A stretch of 64,000 nucleotides of DNA, taken from Camelus dromedarius (lineage: Eukaryota). The stretch lies in contig NC_087437.1 of NCBI RefSeq assembly GCF_036321535.1, forward strand, positions 50,346,001 to 50,410,000. The letters are read 5' to 3'. A program made the position numbers and the translations under genes. Below, piece after piece: positions 1 through 12,698 of this stretch. The notes below the pieces were generated by a model. The model was not told the DNA's origin and did no database searches. It saw only the letters and a list, made by a program, of their open reading frames with translations. How positions within the stretch are numbered: the first letter of the stretch is position 1; every line of letters starts with the position of its first letter.

Positions 1-2567
1 TAAATCGCATTAGTAAATAAATGCTTCTACAGTTCCGTGTTCTCATTTACTAATTCAAAAGGCGGTGAAGCAGAAACGACTTTTGTGGGACTAAAGCGTT
101 GATACCTCTTTTTCCCCGCTCTAGAACAACATTTTTATGTTGAGGCTGAAATGTTATGTTCATGCTGTTTCAGAGCCAGCCTTCTGTTAATTCATTTTGC
201 AGTGGGCATCATTCTCAAAAAAAAAAAAAAAAAAAAACTAACACGTAAAACTAGGACTGTCTACCACTCCTTCAAACAAATGTTGGCTCTCTATTTTTAG
301 CTAAGTGTAAATTCAGATATCCCAGATATATGCCTTGTTAGGAAACCAAGCTAATGATGTCATTATAATACCATATTGTTGCAATACTTTGGCTTTGTTG
401 CAGTAAGCTGCAGCTTGGTAACTTGACTCTGGAAGTTAATTATTACAGGTAAATAATCTCATGATCTCATGCTTTTGATTTGCCCATCGCCATGTATGGA
501 AGACTTAACTGATGGTGTTTTGTGTGCTAGGAAGATCATTTTAAAGTAATTCTCTTAAAGTTTGTTCTAGTAGATTAAGACACCTCTTCTTAGTGTTAGG
601 TATTTTTGTTAACCTGAATAAAGTCCTGATTGTATAACCATTCTCATCTCCAAGACAGTCTGATAATGTTTTTTAAAATGGCTTAGAATGAACACAACTA
701 AAAGGAAGGGCAGGAAGTTGTGTGGTTAATTTACAAGACAACTGCATTATGGGGTGGTTAACAAGTTGAGCAAGTTGCTGTGCATAAAAAATGCTATCTC
801 TGACATTGGTTGCTCACCTCGCTGGTTTTACTTTTAAGTTATCAGATCTTTCAAGTATGTAATAAGACCTATGCCAATGTAGGACTTTGTCTCTCTGATT
901 AAGTTTGTATAGTCACTTAAATTATACATTGAGGACAGGTGGATACACAGAGTAATGGAAGTATATTTTACCATTCCAGTCGTAAACAGCCATTCTAGTT
1001 ACTACACCAGGAATTATTCAACTCAAAGTCTAGTTTAAATCACACAAACTTCCATTTGCTCAGTAGATTGAGCCTTTTAGCAATAGGTTCATTTAAAAAT
1101 TTCAGATATATGGGACAAATTTGGGAAAATAAGCAGATCACAAAGACAGGTGTGTTTCTGGAGTTTTAAACACACTTTATTCATTATAAAAATCCTGATT
1201 TTCAACACCTTAAGTTGTCTAGCCAAAAGAAAAGTTTGTTGTCATTTTATTACAGAGACGACCCCTATGTTCTAGTAATTTTTCTCTAATTAAAAAAAGT
1301 TTGACTCCTTAAATCTCCACGAAGTATTTTCACTTCTTGACATAGTGAGAAAAATTAGGCCATTGTCAGAAGTTGATGTTTTCCTTTGGGGAAGTAGACT
1401 GAAAAGATTGGAATACTCTTTCCTTTTCTTTTTCTTTCTCTTATGTTCTTTCTTTCTTTTGGGTCTCACAATGCTAAAGTTATTTTACAGTAAAAATTTT
1501 TTTCTTATGATGTCTTTCTCTACAATTAGTATTATTTATAGTGTGCTTATTTCTAGCATCATATTATGTATGTTAACTCAGAGATGACAGCACCTTGATT
1601 ATGATAGTGAAAATGCCATTAACTACTCGCTGTATTTTAATATTTAGATTTGTATGGTGCCCATTAACCACATTGGCAATTAAAATTCTAATTAACTAAA
1701 AAATCCATGTGATACCATATTGGATAATTCAGAGTAGAACATTTTCATTATTACAGAAAATTCAATTGCACAGTGCTAATTTAGAATTAAATGAAAGTCT
1801 TTGTCAATTCATATTTTAGTTGATATGTAATATTTCTTTACAGGGCAAGGTAATGCTATGTTTTTAAAGTACTTACTGTTTGCAGACATGAAGTGCTAAA
1901 TACTGGAGACTCAAATGTAGGTCACAAGGGCCTTGTTTATCTCTGTGTGCTCAGTGTCTCACACAATACTTGACAGAGCAGGCACTAGGTACATGTTTGC
2001 TGAATAAATGAATAGGTGAGAAAAAAAGAATTAGTCCATGGTATTGCTTCTGTGTTTAAAGTGACAAAATTCAAGATTGACCAGTCCAGAAGAAAGCTAG
2101 AAAATTACTGTAATTTTACAAAAATACAACTTAATATTGTCATTCTAGGATACAGTTTCTTAAATTGTTCCATAAATATAGTCCCTTTAGATTTGAATTG
2201 GCAATGGTGGAAGGAGTCTAGTAAGATTGTCTTCTAATTCACTGAGAAAATGGGAAGCTCTTTGCCTAAACTCTCAACTTTCTACTCTCTCACCCACTTA
2301 GACTTGCCAAACTTGATTATATCTGTACTTAATTCTTCCCTTTCCTCTTGTCACAAAGGAAGGTTTGACTGTCCTTTTCTAAACCAATCCACTTGTGCTC
2401 TTTCATCCTGCTCTCCATAGTCCCCATCAATTATCTATTGTATGTTTAATCTTACTCTTTTTCTTTAAGCTGTGAACATGTTCAGGCCTCCCTACACTAA
2501 TTTACTTTGTCCTGTAGCTGTGTCTAATTCTTTTCAATTTTCTAAAAAATAGCTGTATCCTGCATAA

Positions 2568-2850
2568 CTGTGCTAATGTAGTACATTTGTAATGTGGCTA
2601 GTTCAAATTGAAATTTGCTTAAGTGTAAAGTACACATAGGATTTCAAAAACAGGATAAAAAAAGAATATAAAATACTTCAATTTTTTGTATTGGTCACAT
2701 GTTGAAATAATATTTTGGATATATTGGGTAAAGTGAAATATAACTAATTTTACCTGTTTCTTTTTACCTTTTAAAAAAGTGTAGTTACTAGAAGTGTTTA
2801 AATTTCATATGTGGCTTGCATTTGTGGCTTATGCTATATTTCTGCTGTTG
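2568..2850. mobile_element. MER33-like hAT-Charlie element
   Basis: aatgtggctagt, aagtgtaaagtacaca, atattttggatatattggg, atgtggcttgcatt. Confidence 0.65.
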
Positions 2851-2882
2851 CTGCTATATAGCATTAAAAGTGAGCTCATGTT

Positions 2883-3010
2883 GGAGGAGGGTATAGCTCA
2901 AGTGGTAGAGTACATGCTTAGCATACACAAAGTCCTGGGTTCAATCCCCAGTACCTCTGAAAATAAAATAAATAAGTAAACGTAATTACCTCCCTTTCCA
3001 AAAATAAATA

Positions 3011-3042
<32 letters not shown>

Positions 3043-3050
3043 TTTTTTTT
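2883..3050 (+). mobile_element. tRNA-derived SINE (camelid vic-1-like) with (TA)n tail
   Basis: A box TAGCTCAAGTGG, B box GGTTCAATCCC; TSD aagtgag(c/a)tcatgtt 2868-2882 / 3051-3065. Confidence 0.88.
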
Positions 3051-3559
3051 AAGTGAGATCATGTTTCTATACAGCACGTTATCTAAGTCTAGTTACTTTC
3101 ACGTACTAGACTAGACTGTTAGTATCTTAGGGCAGGGGCCATATTTTTTTTGTCTTTATGTCTCCCTTGCACTCAAGATAGCAGTTGGCCCACTGTTAGG
3201 TATTCACCCACCAAATGTTGGTTGAATAAATAAATGAGTATCAGATTTGTTTTAGCATCAGTTTGAAAGTACCTGTGTTCTTTGCCTTTCTCTCAAGGAA
3301 CGAATGAGGAATAGGAAAAGGAAGCACTGGCCTATGGTAATATTATTTTGCCGTGGCTGAGTAAATTTTAACCTCAGAAATTAATGTTTAAGATCCTAGA
3401 TCTTTGAATATTTGCTTTTTTTTTCTCATGTTCATATATATGTTCTTAGATACTCAGTTTTTCATTTTTTTGGAGAAGTCAGGCATTAGTGGAATCCCAC
3501 GTGTCCTAGCAGCACTGAAGTAGGGACCTTGCCCAAATCCTCCAAAGAACCTTGTGATT

Positions 3560-4110
3560 GCTACTCTCGTCATTAAATATCCCTTCTATCCCTGCAGTCT
3601 GTTGTCAACATAGCAGCCAGAGTGATCTTATTAAAACACAAGTTACATGATGTAATTCCTGCATTTAAAACCTTCTGAGGATTTGCCTTCTTGCCCAGAG
3701 TAAAAGCCAGAGTCTCTGCTGGCTCTGTAACCACCCACCTCCCCAAACCACTTCTCATCCCCCATCATTCTTCACTCACTTTGCTTTATCCACACAGACC
3801 TTGTGATTCATCAGAAGTGCCAGGCGTACTTCAATCTTGGAATTTTTGCCCTGCCTGTTACCTCTGCCTGTAATGTTCTCCCAGTTATCTGCTGGCCGCT
3901 TCCCTTCATCTTTTTTCAGATGTACCTTATCAATGAGGCCTTTTTGAGCCATTCAGTATAAAATTGTATCTTCCCCCACCCATACTTCCCTATCCCCCTT
4001 CCCTACTTTTTATTTCTCTTAGCACTTACCACTATTTAACATTTTCTGTACATATTTGTCTCTTTCATATCATGAAGGTGCGGATTTTTGTCTGTTTTGT
4101 TTTTATTCTC
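3560..4110. mobile_element. L2 fragment
   Basis: agcagccagagtgatctt, tttaaaaccttctga, ttagcacttacc; resembles 36990-37500. Confidence 0.6.
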
Positions 4111-4369
4111 CATGTAATAAAAGCTGTTTCTCAACTCTACATCCATTTTTAGGTAACACTATTTCTTTCCCATTTATTTATTCATTCAGTCAAACATTTC
4201 TGAACATGTACACTGTGATAGCATACTGCTAGGCTCTGGAACTACCAAAATTAAGCATCCCCTGCCCTAGCCAGGGCAATATCAGACTAATGGATATTTG
4301 AATTACTGTCAGCTTTTTCTTGTTAAAAAAAAAAAAATTTTGCAGAGACCACTCTTGTTTGTTTGTTTT

Positions 4370-5360
4370 AATTGGAATACTTAGAAATGGAATTGCTGGG
4401 TCATTGGGTGTGCACGTTATGACTACTACTAGATATTGCCAAATTATTTTCCAAAACATGAGAGAGTTCCCCTTTCCGTACATCTTGGTCAACACTTTGT
4501 ACTGTCAGACTTGAAAAAATTTACCCATCTGATGAGTGTGAAAGGTATCTCCTTTTGTTCTAGTTTGCATTTTCCTAATTGCTAGAGAGATTCTGGTGTC
4601 CTGTATTTCATTCATGTGAGTAGATTACCTGTTTTCCTGTTGGGTGGTTTGTCTTTTCCTTATTAGTATCTTCTATAGTCCAGATGCCAGTTCTTTGTTG
4701 TATATGTTGTAAATATCTTCTTCCAGTCTGTCCCTTGTATTTAAGTTTGTTGATGGTATCTTTTTTGATATTGTAAATTTGTTTGTAGGTAAATTTATTA
4801 GGTGAATGATTTCTGCTTTTTATTACTTGTTTAGAAATTCTTTTCCTCTACCAGGGTCATAAAGCTATTTTTCTAGCATTTTCTTCAAGTTGTCTTAACA
4901 TTTAGTTTTACAACATTTAGATCTTTAATATACCTGGGATTTATTTTTGTATATGGAATAAAGTAGGTAATTAATTTTCTCCCATATGAGAAGTTATTTG
5001 TCCCAATGTGATTTATTGAATAAGCCATTCCCCACTAACCTGTGTTGTTTGCCTTCTCTGTCATATACCGTGTTCTGTATCTAGGTTCTCTATTCTGTTT
5101 CATTCATCTGTTGTCCAGTTGGTGCACCAATAACGCACTGTCTTACTTATAGTACTTCCCCCAGTTATCAACTGGCTGCTTCACTTTTATGTACTTTATA
5201 TGTCTTGATATCTGGCTAGGCAGAACCCCCAATCCTTTTTTTCCCTTTCAGAATTGCTTTGGAGCTTTACTCTTCATATGCTATTTATAATCACTTTGTC
5301 TAATTCTGTGAAAAATCTTTCTAGGATTTTGATTTACTTTGCATTGAAATTGTTAACATT
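4370..5360 (-). mobile_element. Old L1 (L1M-type) ORF2 3' fragment
   Basis: ggaattgctgggtca, tttgcattttcctaat, ttctctattctgtt resemble 29650-30700; degraded. Confidence 0.7.
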
Positions 5361-5544
5361 TCTATTCTATTTCTATTTTCCCCTTTGGATCATGTGGAAG
5401 CTATGCATTGTATTTGTTTTCTAGCTATGCTTATGTATTAATTATCTCTAGGTACAAATAACGTAGGGGTTTAAAAGATTTTGACTCCAGTATTCCCTCT
5501 CTCACCTTCCACATTACTGTTATAATAGTTTAGCTCTATTTTTT

Positions 5545-6367
5545 CTTTTACCAGCTTTGTTGAGATATAACTCATAGACCATACAATTTATTCATTAAAG
5601 TGCACAACTCAGTTTTTTCAATATATGCAGTTGTGCAGCCATCAACCACACTCCAATTTTAGAACATTTTTTTATACCCCCTAAAAGAGATTCCCTACCA
5701 ATTAACTCTCATTCTCCATTACCCCAAACCACTAGCCGCCTGCCCTAATCAGTCACTAATCTACTGTCTATATAAATTTGCCTACTCTAGACACTTTGTA
5801 TAAATGACATCATACAACATGTGGTATTTTGTGACTGTATTCTTTCACCTGGCATAATGTTTTTAGGGTTTGTCTGTGTTGATCTCTGTATCAGTACTTC
5901 ATTCCTTTAAATTACCAAATAATGTTCCATTGTATAGATATACAACATTTTGTTTATCCATTCATTGATTAATGGACATTTAGTTTGTTTCTACCTTTAG
6001 GCTATTAGAAATAATGCTGCTTTGAACATTCATGTGTAAGTTTTTTGTGGATGTATATTTTCATTTCTCTTGGGTGAATACCTAAGGAGTAGAATTACTG
6101 GGTTATATGGTAGCGCTGTTTTTAACTTTTTGAGGAATTGCCAAACTGTTTTCCAAAGTGAATGTGCCATTTTACATTCCCACCAGTAATCTGTGAGTTC
6201 CAGTGTCTTCATATCCTTGTCAGTACTTGTTTTTGTCTTTCTAATTCTAGCCGTGGTCTTGGGTATGAATGGGTAACCTGTTGTTTTGATTTGTATTTCC
6301 CTAATGATTGATGATTTCTATATCTTTTCATGTCCCTTATCGGCCGTTTTTTTGTTTGTTTGTTGTG

Positions 6368-6436
<69 letters not shown>

Positions 6437-6580
6437 ATGCTTATTCAGATCTTTTTGCCCATTTTTGAGTTGTCTTTTTTTAAACTGAGTTGTAAGAGTT
6501 CTTTATATGTTCTGGGTGGAAGACCCTTATCAGATATGTGACTTGCAAATGTTTTTTCCCATAATGTGTGTTGTAGTTCT
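5545..6580 (-). mobile_element. L1 (L1MB/MA-type) 3' end
   Basis: ctttgttgagatataa..., ORF 6030-6212 resembles the ORF2 C-terminus (LWKTVWQFLKKL..LPYNP). Confidence 0.8.
6369..6431. repeat. Compound microsatellite (TG)n(AG)n
   Basis: Directly visible. Confidence 0.95.
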
Positions 6581-7569
6581 ACTTCTTTTTAAACTCAAAA
6601 CATTTCCTAACTTTTTAACTGTTCCATATTTTGATTTATTACTACAGGGATTTAGTGATTTCTTTTACTCACCATTGTTTCTTGCATACCACCTTTTCCC
6701 TCTATATTTACCTTTATTCTTGCTGAAATACATTGTTCAGTTATTTTTAAGCAAGGCTTCATGTTTTGTAAACTTTCTTAGCTTTCATGGCTTAAAGTGT
6801 CTTTATTTCATAATTACTATTGAATACTAATTTAGGTAGATTCAGAATTCTAGATTAACAGTTACTTTCACTCAACATACTGAAAATACTACTTATTCCA
6901 TTGCTTTCTGACGTTTATTGCTGGTGTAAAATATGCTTTTAATCTAATTGTCATGATTTTGTTGATAATATCTTTCACATTGTTTTTAAGATTATCTCTT
7001 TGTCCTTGATATTTTGTTATTTTACTATGCTGTGTCCCTCATATTTTTTCATGTGAGTTTTGTTTTTCCTGCTCTACACTTGTGTGTACTTTCAATCTGA
7101 AAGCTCTCATTTCAACAGTTCAGAAAATTTTCCACTGTTTTTTTCCTTTAAATATTGCTTCTCAGCCTTTTTCTTACTTTAGAACTCTTGCTTGGTATTA
7201 ACCTATGCTCTTGAACTTCTTGTTCATATTTCTCATCTGTCTTCTGTCTTTGCTGCTTTCTGTGTGAATTCCTTAGTTCTAGCTCCTAGTCACCAATTCT
7301 CTCACTTGTGTTCAATCTAGAGTTCATTCATTCTTCTGAATTTTTAATCTAATTAACTGTTTTTCTGTTTCAGAAGTTACCGTTGGACGTCTTTCATTTC
7401 TATCTGTTCTTGATGCCTATCTGCCTGATTCATCTTGTAATAGTTTGTTCTTCTTTTTCCTTCAAGATACTATTCTGTTATCTCTTTGGAGGTTTTATAC
7501 GTATTTAAAGGTACATAGCTTTTTTCTTTAGCCACTCATATGTTGATCAACAGTTTTTTTTTCAACATA

Positions 7570-8170
7570 CCTTGATACCTTTTTCCCCCATACCTTGGCT
7601 ATTGTAAATAATGCTACAGTGAACATTGGGGTGCATATATCTTTCAAATTAATGTTTTTATTTTCTTTGGGTAAATACCCAGAAGTGGAATTGCTGGATC
7701 GTATGGTAGTTCTATTTTTAATTCTTTGAGGAGCCTCAGTTCTATTTTCCATAGTGGCTGCTCCAATTTACATTCCCACCATCAGTGCACAAGGGTTCCC
7801 TTTTCTCCACATCTTCACCGATACTTATTATCTCTTGTTTTTTTTTTAATTAAATATTGCCACATTTATTCAGAAGCATCAGTTCATTTTTTCCTGGAAC
7901 AAAAAGTGGTGATTGAACATAACATCAAAAAGCCAAGGATAGAAATCAAATTACGTTTCTCAGAAAGATCCTCAACAATTGAAAAACTGCTCTATAAAAC
8001 TGAAGAATAACTTGGGATTTAGAAAATAGAAACTGCAGAAATAGTCTGTAGATCCTAGATATGTCCCCACTGCTTATTAGCTTGTCTGTTTGAGAGCAAA
8101 GAGGAAGGACCATCTTGTCTTTTTTATAATAGCCATTCTAGCAAGTATGATATCTCATTGTGGTTTTCAC
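7570..8170 (-). mobile_element. L1 ORF2 3' fragment split by the 7839-8112 insert
   Basis: KDICTPMFTVALFTIAK in ORF track; similarity to 29560-29860. Confidence 0.8.
7839..8112 (-). pseudogene. Short poly(A)-tailed retrocopy (3'UTR-like, source unknown) inserted in an L1
   Basis: AATAAA (rc 7865-7870) 17 nt before A10; flanking tcttgt(c)ttttt duplication; interrupts a contiguous L1 sequence. Confidence 0.6.
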
Positions 8171-11100
8171 TGATATTCTTTTTCTGGCTCAAAATCTCAT
8201 CTGGGATAACATATTACATTTGGTTTTCCTGTGTTCTTAGGCTTCACTGGGCTGTGACAGTTTCTCAGACTTTACAGGAGAGCTAAGTCTTAGCTTGTTT
8301 TCCTTACTTTCTTTTTTGTTAATATTCTTGCTTAGAAAAATTTATAGTTGGTAACTTTGTGTTAGTTTTCCAATTAAAATTTTTTTTGCTGGTCTGTGAA
8401 ATCCAGAACTGTGAGAACCAGTGCCTTTGGTTATCAGAAATCAGTGTGATGACCATATGTAATTAGAATCTCCAAGATCCTACTTATGTTTTATTTTTGC
8501 TGTAAAAGAAGTATCTATTAGTAATAAAAAAAAAAAAAGTGAATATGAAGTTTAGTGTTAATTGAATCTTATAGAGAGGAACTGCTGGTCTAATTTGTGA
8601 CAGCCATCTGAGGTTCCATTAGATTTGAGTTATACAAAAAGCCGTAGGAAGGTATGAAGTCTGTAAACAGACACTGAAAAACTGAACTCAGTCACTCAGT
8701 TGATGACTGTATCAGATCATCACAAAGGTATTTCTTAAAATTATCAAAATAGAAAATGTGATAGTATATGATTTCAGCTTTCTTCATTTTTCATGTTCAA
8801 ATAAAAAAAAAATTCCATTTCAAATGAGAGATCCTGTCAGTTTCCAAAGTTAATGTTTTACACCTTTTTGGCTCTTGATCATTTTCTCTTCTTCCTTAAT
8901 CCTTCAATAATTTTTCCTTCCCATAACTTTTTCTTCCTCTTTACCAGATCCTTCATTTCAAACCTGAAAATAAGCTTATGGTTTGTTTACAGTAAATATT
9001 TTCACTTGATCCAGTTTTTCATTAGTTAACTGCTATTCCCACTTCCCACCCTCCTCCCCACCTCCATTCATCAATCCAATGTAGCCCTTTTTACTTTACT
9101 CAAACTGTGTTGGCAAAAGCCACCAGTGATTTCCTAATTATTACAGTTGTCTTTTTTCTTTGCAGCATATAATAATTCCTTTTTGCAACTTCTTCCTGGG
9201 TTTCTGCCACACTGCTCTTCTTGTTTTTCTTCTGCTGTAATGATCTTTTCCTCTGCTTACTCCCTTTCTTCCACAGATATCTCAAATGACAGCCCTGAGA
9301 ATTCCATCTCTTAACCCTTATTCTCTTCTGTACACTTTTAGTAGGCAGTCTCCTACATACTTTTGACTTTAACCACCATCATTATGCTTGCCCAGTTTTA
9401 ATCTCAAGCCCAACCCTCATTCCTAAACTCTAAACAAGCATATCCAGTTGTTTACTAGGTATCCTTTTTGAGTTTACCACATTCAAACCAGAAAATAATT
9501 CTAGTTTGATCTTAAATATATGAGAGGAAATAGGAAATTAAATGATATCTAAGGTAAATAAGACCTAAATCAACTCCAAGTGGTTAGGGACTAAGTCACA
9601 TATTCCTTTTTATCATCACTGGTCCTTAGCACACAGAGAAGCCCTTAGTAAGTTCTCAGTAAATACTCTTTGATTGTTTGCTGAAATAAATTTTTTTTAT
9701 TACATTTAGGAAGATACCAGAAAGCAAGAATTTTCAGTCAGTGGTACAATTTTAATAGTCATTACACAGGGTAAATGAATTGCTTATTGAAAGAACTGAT
9801 AATAAGCTAAAATATTCCTTTGTGTTTTTTTATAATACATTTTCAGAATTATGTGGGTTTGACCCAGTGTTGCTAAATAATCATTTCTGTGTTTAAAGTT
9901 CAGTTTTCAAATTTTCGTAGCAATCGTTTAAGATCTGCTGAGTTCTTTTCTTTTTTTAACCTTTTTTAACATGTTTTACTTTCTTCTGAAGCATGTCTCA
10001 GGTTCCCAGAATATAAAATTAATAAGATAATTGTGTATCTTCCTTCCACCTTACTTTTTTCTACCTTTTGTTTTAGTTCTTATCTAACTTATTAAATAGG
10101 TTTCACTCATTATGTCTGTTTTCTGACTTCAATATATTTTTATGTTGTTACTGTTTAGAATTTTTTACCTAACACATAAGCCTGTTTAAATCTCTACTTG
10201 GAAATATTTGTTGTAGTTTCCTGGTTTGAATACTGGTATTCTGCTTATGGTATAAGCAGCAGCTTCCAATTTGAGAAAGTCTATTGTAGACCCAAGATAG
10301 TGATTACTTGTAATATTACTTAGATTTTGGCCATCCAAGTACATGGTTACTTTTCAGCCCTGTTGGGCCCACTGCCCTCTATTTCTAACATATTTCAAAA
10401 ATGCTCTTTCCATTCTTATCCTGAAATAAAATTTAAACATATAACCTGCTACATATATAACTTGATTCTTTTAAAAATTAACATTAAAACCCTAGTTTTC
10501 ATATGAATAAAAATAAATAAATATATTAAATAATATCTACTTCCATATGGAAATGCTCAATTGTAGCTGCGCTAGAGATAATGAGTATTCAGATGCTGTA
10601 ATCAGTGTGAATGCATGGCTACTAAATGCAGGCTACTGGAAGTGTAGTATATTGGTGATTCAGGTACAAGTGACATTTCCATTGGTGATGTAATTTTCTG
10701 AAACAGTAAATACTTTATAAAGTTCTGACAAATTATTATCTTCATTTTACATGATAGTTCCATTCCTGAAACACTCGTAAATCTATATAAAACATTTTGT
10801 GTTTGTTTTTAAATAGGAAGTTCACATTTTTCTGAAGAGATTTTTACCAGTGTGAGTATCAGGCAGGGCATTTGAAAGTTATCTGGTTCACAGGACATTT
10901 CTTTGTTGGCAGGACTCTACAGTTGATTGAAGAATATCTGATAATCTCTGCCCTAGCCATCCACTCATCTCATAAATACCACTAGACACCACCCTCCCAA
11001 ATCATTGTTTGATCCTTCCCTTAGGCTCTTTCCCCAAAAGGAGTTCTGACTTTAAGGCGAGTAATCTCTTAGCTGTAGTAGAGAAATTATATATAGATCT

Positions 11101-12495
11101 CTATGTACTATATAGTAAGAATAGGGAAACACAATTAAGCAACCAATCAGAAAACTGGTGAGTAAAAAAGCCTCTAGAGCAAAGTATATGGTCATTCAGA
11201 AACATTATTTCAGTGACAGTATTATTTTGGTTGATTTTTCTAAACATAAATGCTTGGTATTACATTGTACCTATCTGGTAACAAGAATAGCATTTACTTT
11301 CATTTCTATATAAGAGCAAGAGTGTTATGGATTTTGGGAAACATTGAAAATGTTTATAATTGTGGTGAGATGAAAGGATGTCTAGACTGTGGAAAGTCCC
11401 AAGCCACCTTTGCATTAAGGCAAAGTTCTTGGAAGCCCAGACTGCTCTGATAGATGGCAAAAACTACCTTAAATCCTAAAATGAAAATTATGTAACATGA
11501 CACAAAAGGCTAAAATTAAATTATTGTGTTTACATCATGGGCATTTTAAGTTATTCCCTATCACCTTGCTTTGGTCTGCTAACAGTGTAAAATTATCTTG
11601 CCCTTATAATACCTTCATGTAAGTATATTTTATTTAAAGTTTATGTCCAGAAAACAGTAGTTCACAATTAAGTTTGTAGATTTCGTAAAATATATTAAAT
11701 CATTCTTCCCCAGAAACGTATTTTTCCTAGGCCATTTTTCATGTGCCTGTGTACATTGGAACATGTAGCCAACAAAACTCACTTTTTGTTATATAAAACG
11801 TATGACCTAAATAAACCTCTCTTCATTTATTTTAATAATAGTGCTATTGCAGTTTTGACTCTGAAGCTTCTTTTTCCTGTTGTTTTTGCATTTTTTCATT
11901 TATTTTGTAGCTTTTCTATTATGCAGGAAATAGATTACATATAAGAATGATTAAATACACAAATTTACTTTCATCACCATGAACTCTAAAGATAATGTTT
12001 TCTTAGTTATTTTAAAGAAGTGTAACACTAATTACAGGACTATGGTTTTAGTTTCTTCTTAGCTGTTATTTATAATGCTTGTTGTTTTCATAAAATCTTT
12101 GGGATTTTAAGAATAGTACAGAAGCTGGTATATTTAGTATGAAAATATAAAATGTTATGATTCATTTCCAAATACTGCTTTTTGCCAAAGACCAACTTCT
12201 AAAAATTAGAAAGCTTTTTTCTAATTTGGTTTCCCTAGGCTTCATCAGTTTGCTGCTACAAAAGGAGTCTCTTTCAGATCAGTCCCATGTGTTGTCAGTT
12301 CTTCCCCTAAATGCCACCATGAGATTTTTTTCCACCTTAAATACTCGTCCACTTTTTTTTTTAATACCAGTGGTTTTTACATGTGTTAACAAATTCAGAT
12401 GGAAGAAAAAAAGGTTTTTAATTTCATAACTTTTTTAGGGTATGAGAGTTTTTATTTTTAAATAGTTTAAGTTTGTGTGCTTCCAAAAGCCTATA

Positions 12496-12698
12496 TAGTT
12501 GACCCTTGAAAAACACAGGTTTGAACTGTGAAGGTCCCTGTATATTTGAATTTTTTTCAGTGGTAAATACTGCAGTACTGCATGATTGTCAGTTGACTGA
12601 ATCCAAGGATGCAGTAACCAGCTCTAAAATTATACTTGGGTTTTCAGCTGTGTGGAGGGTGGGCTCCCCTAACCCCCAAGTTGCTCACGGGTCAGCTG
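12496..12698. mobile_element. Tigger2a-like non-autonomous TcMar DNA transposon
   Basis: Imperfect TIRs tagttgacccttgaaaaac / gttgctcacgggtcagctg with TA on both sides. Confidence 0.8.

Noticed and set aside
1..240. ATP11B promoter or exon 1
   Set aside because: A few CpGs but no island and no MWRWIRQQL-coding exon; exon 1 presumably lies upstream of the window
2883..2960. tRNA gene (also at 27296)
   Set aside because: A/B boxes are present, but A-rich tails and TSDs identify these as tRNA-derived SINEs
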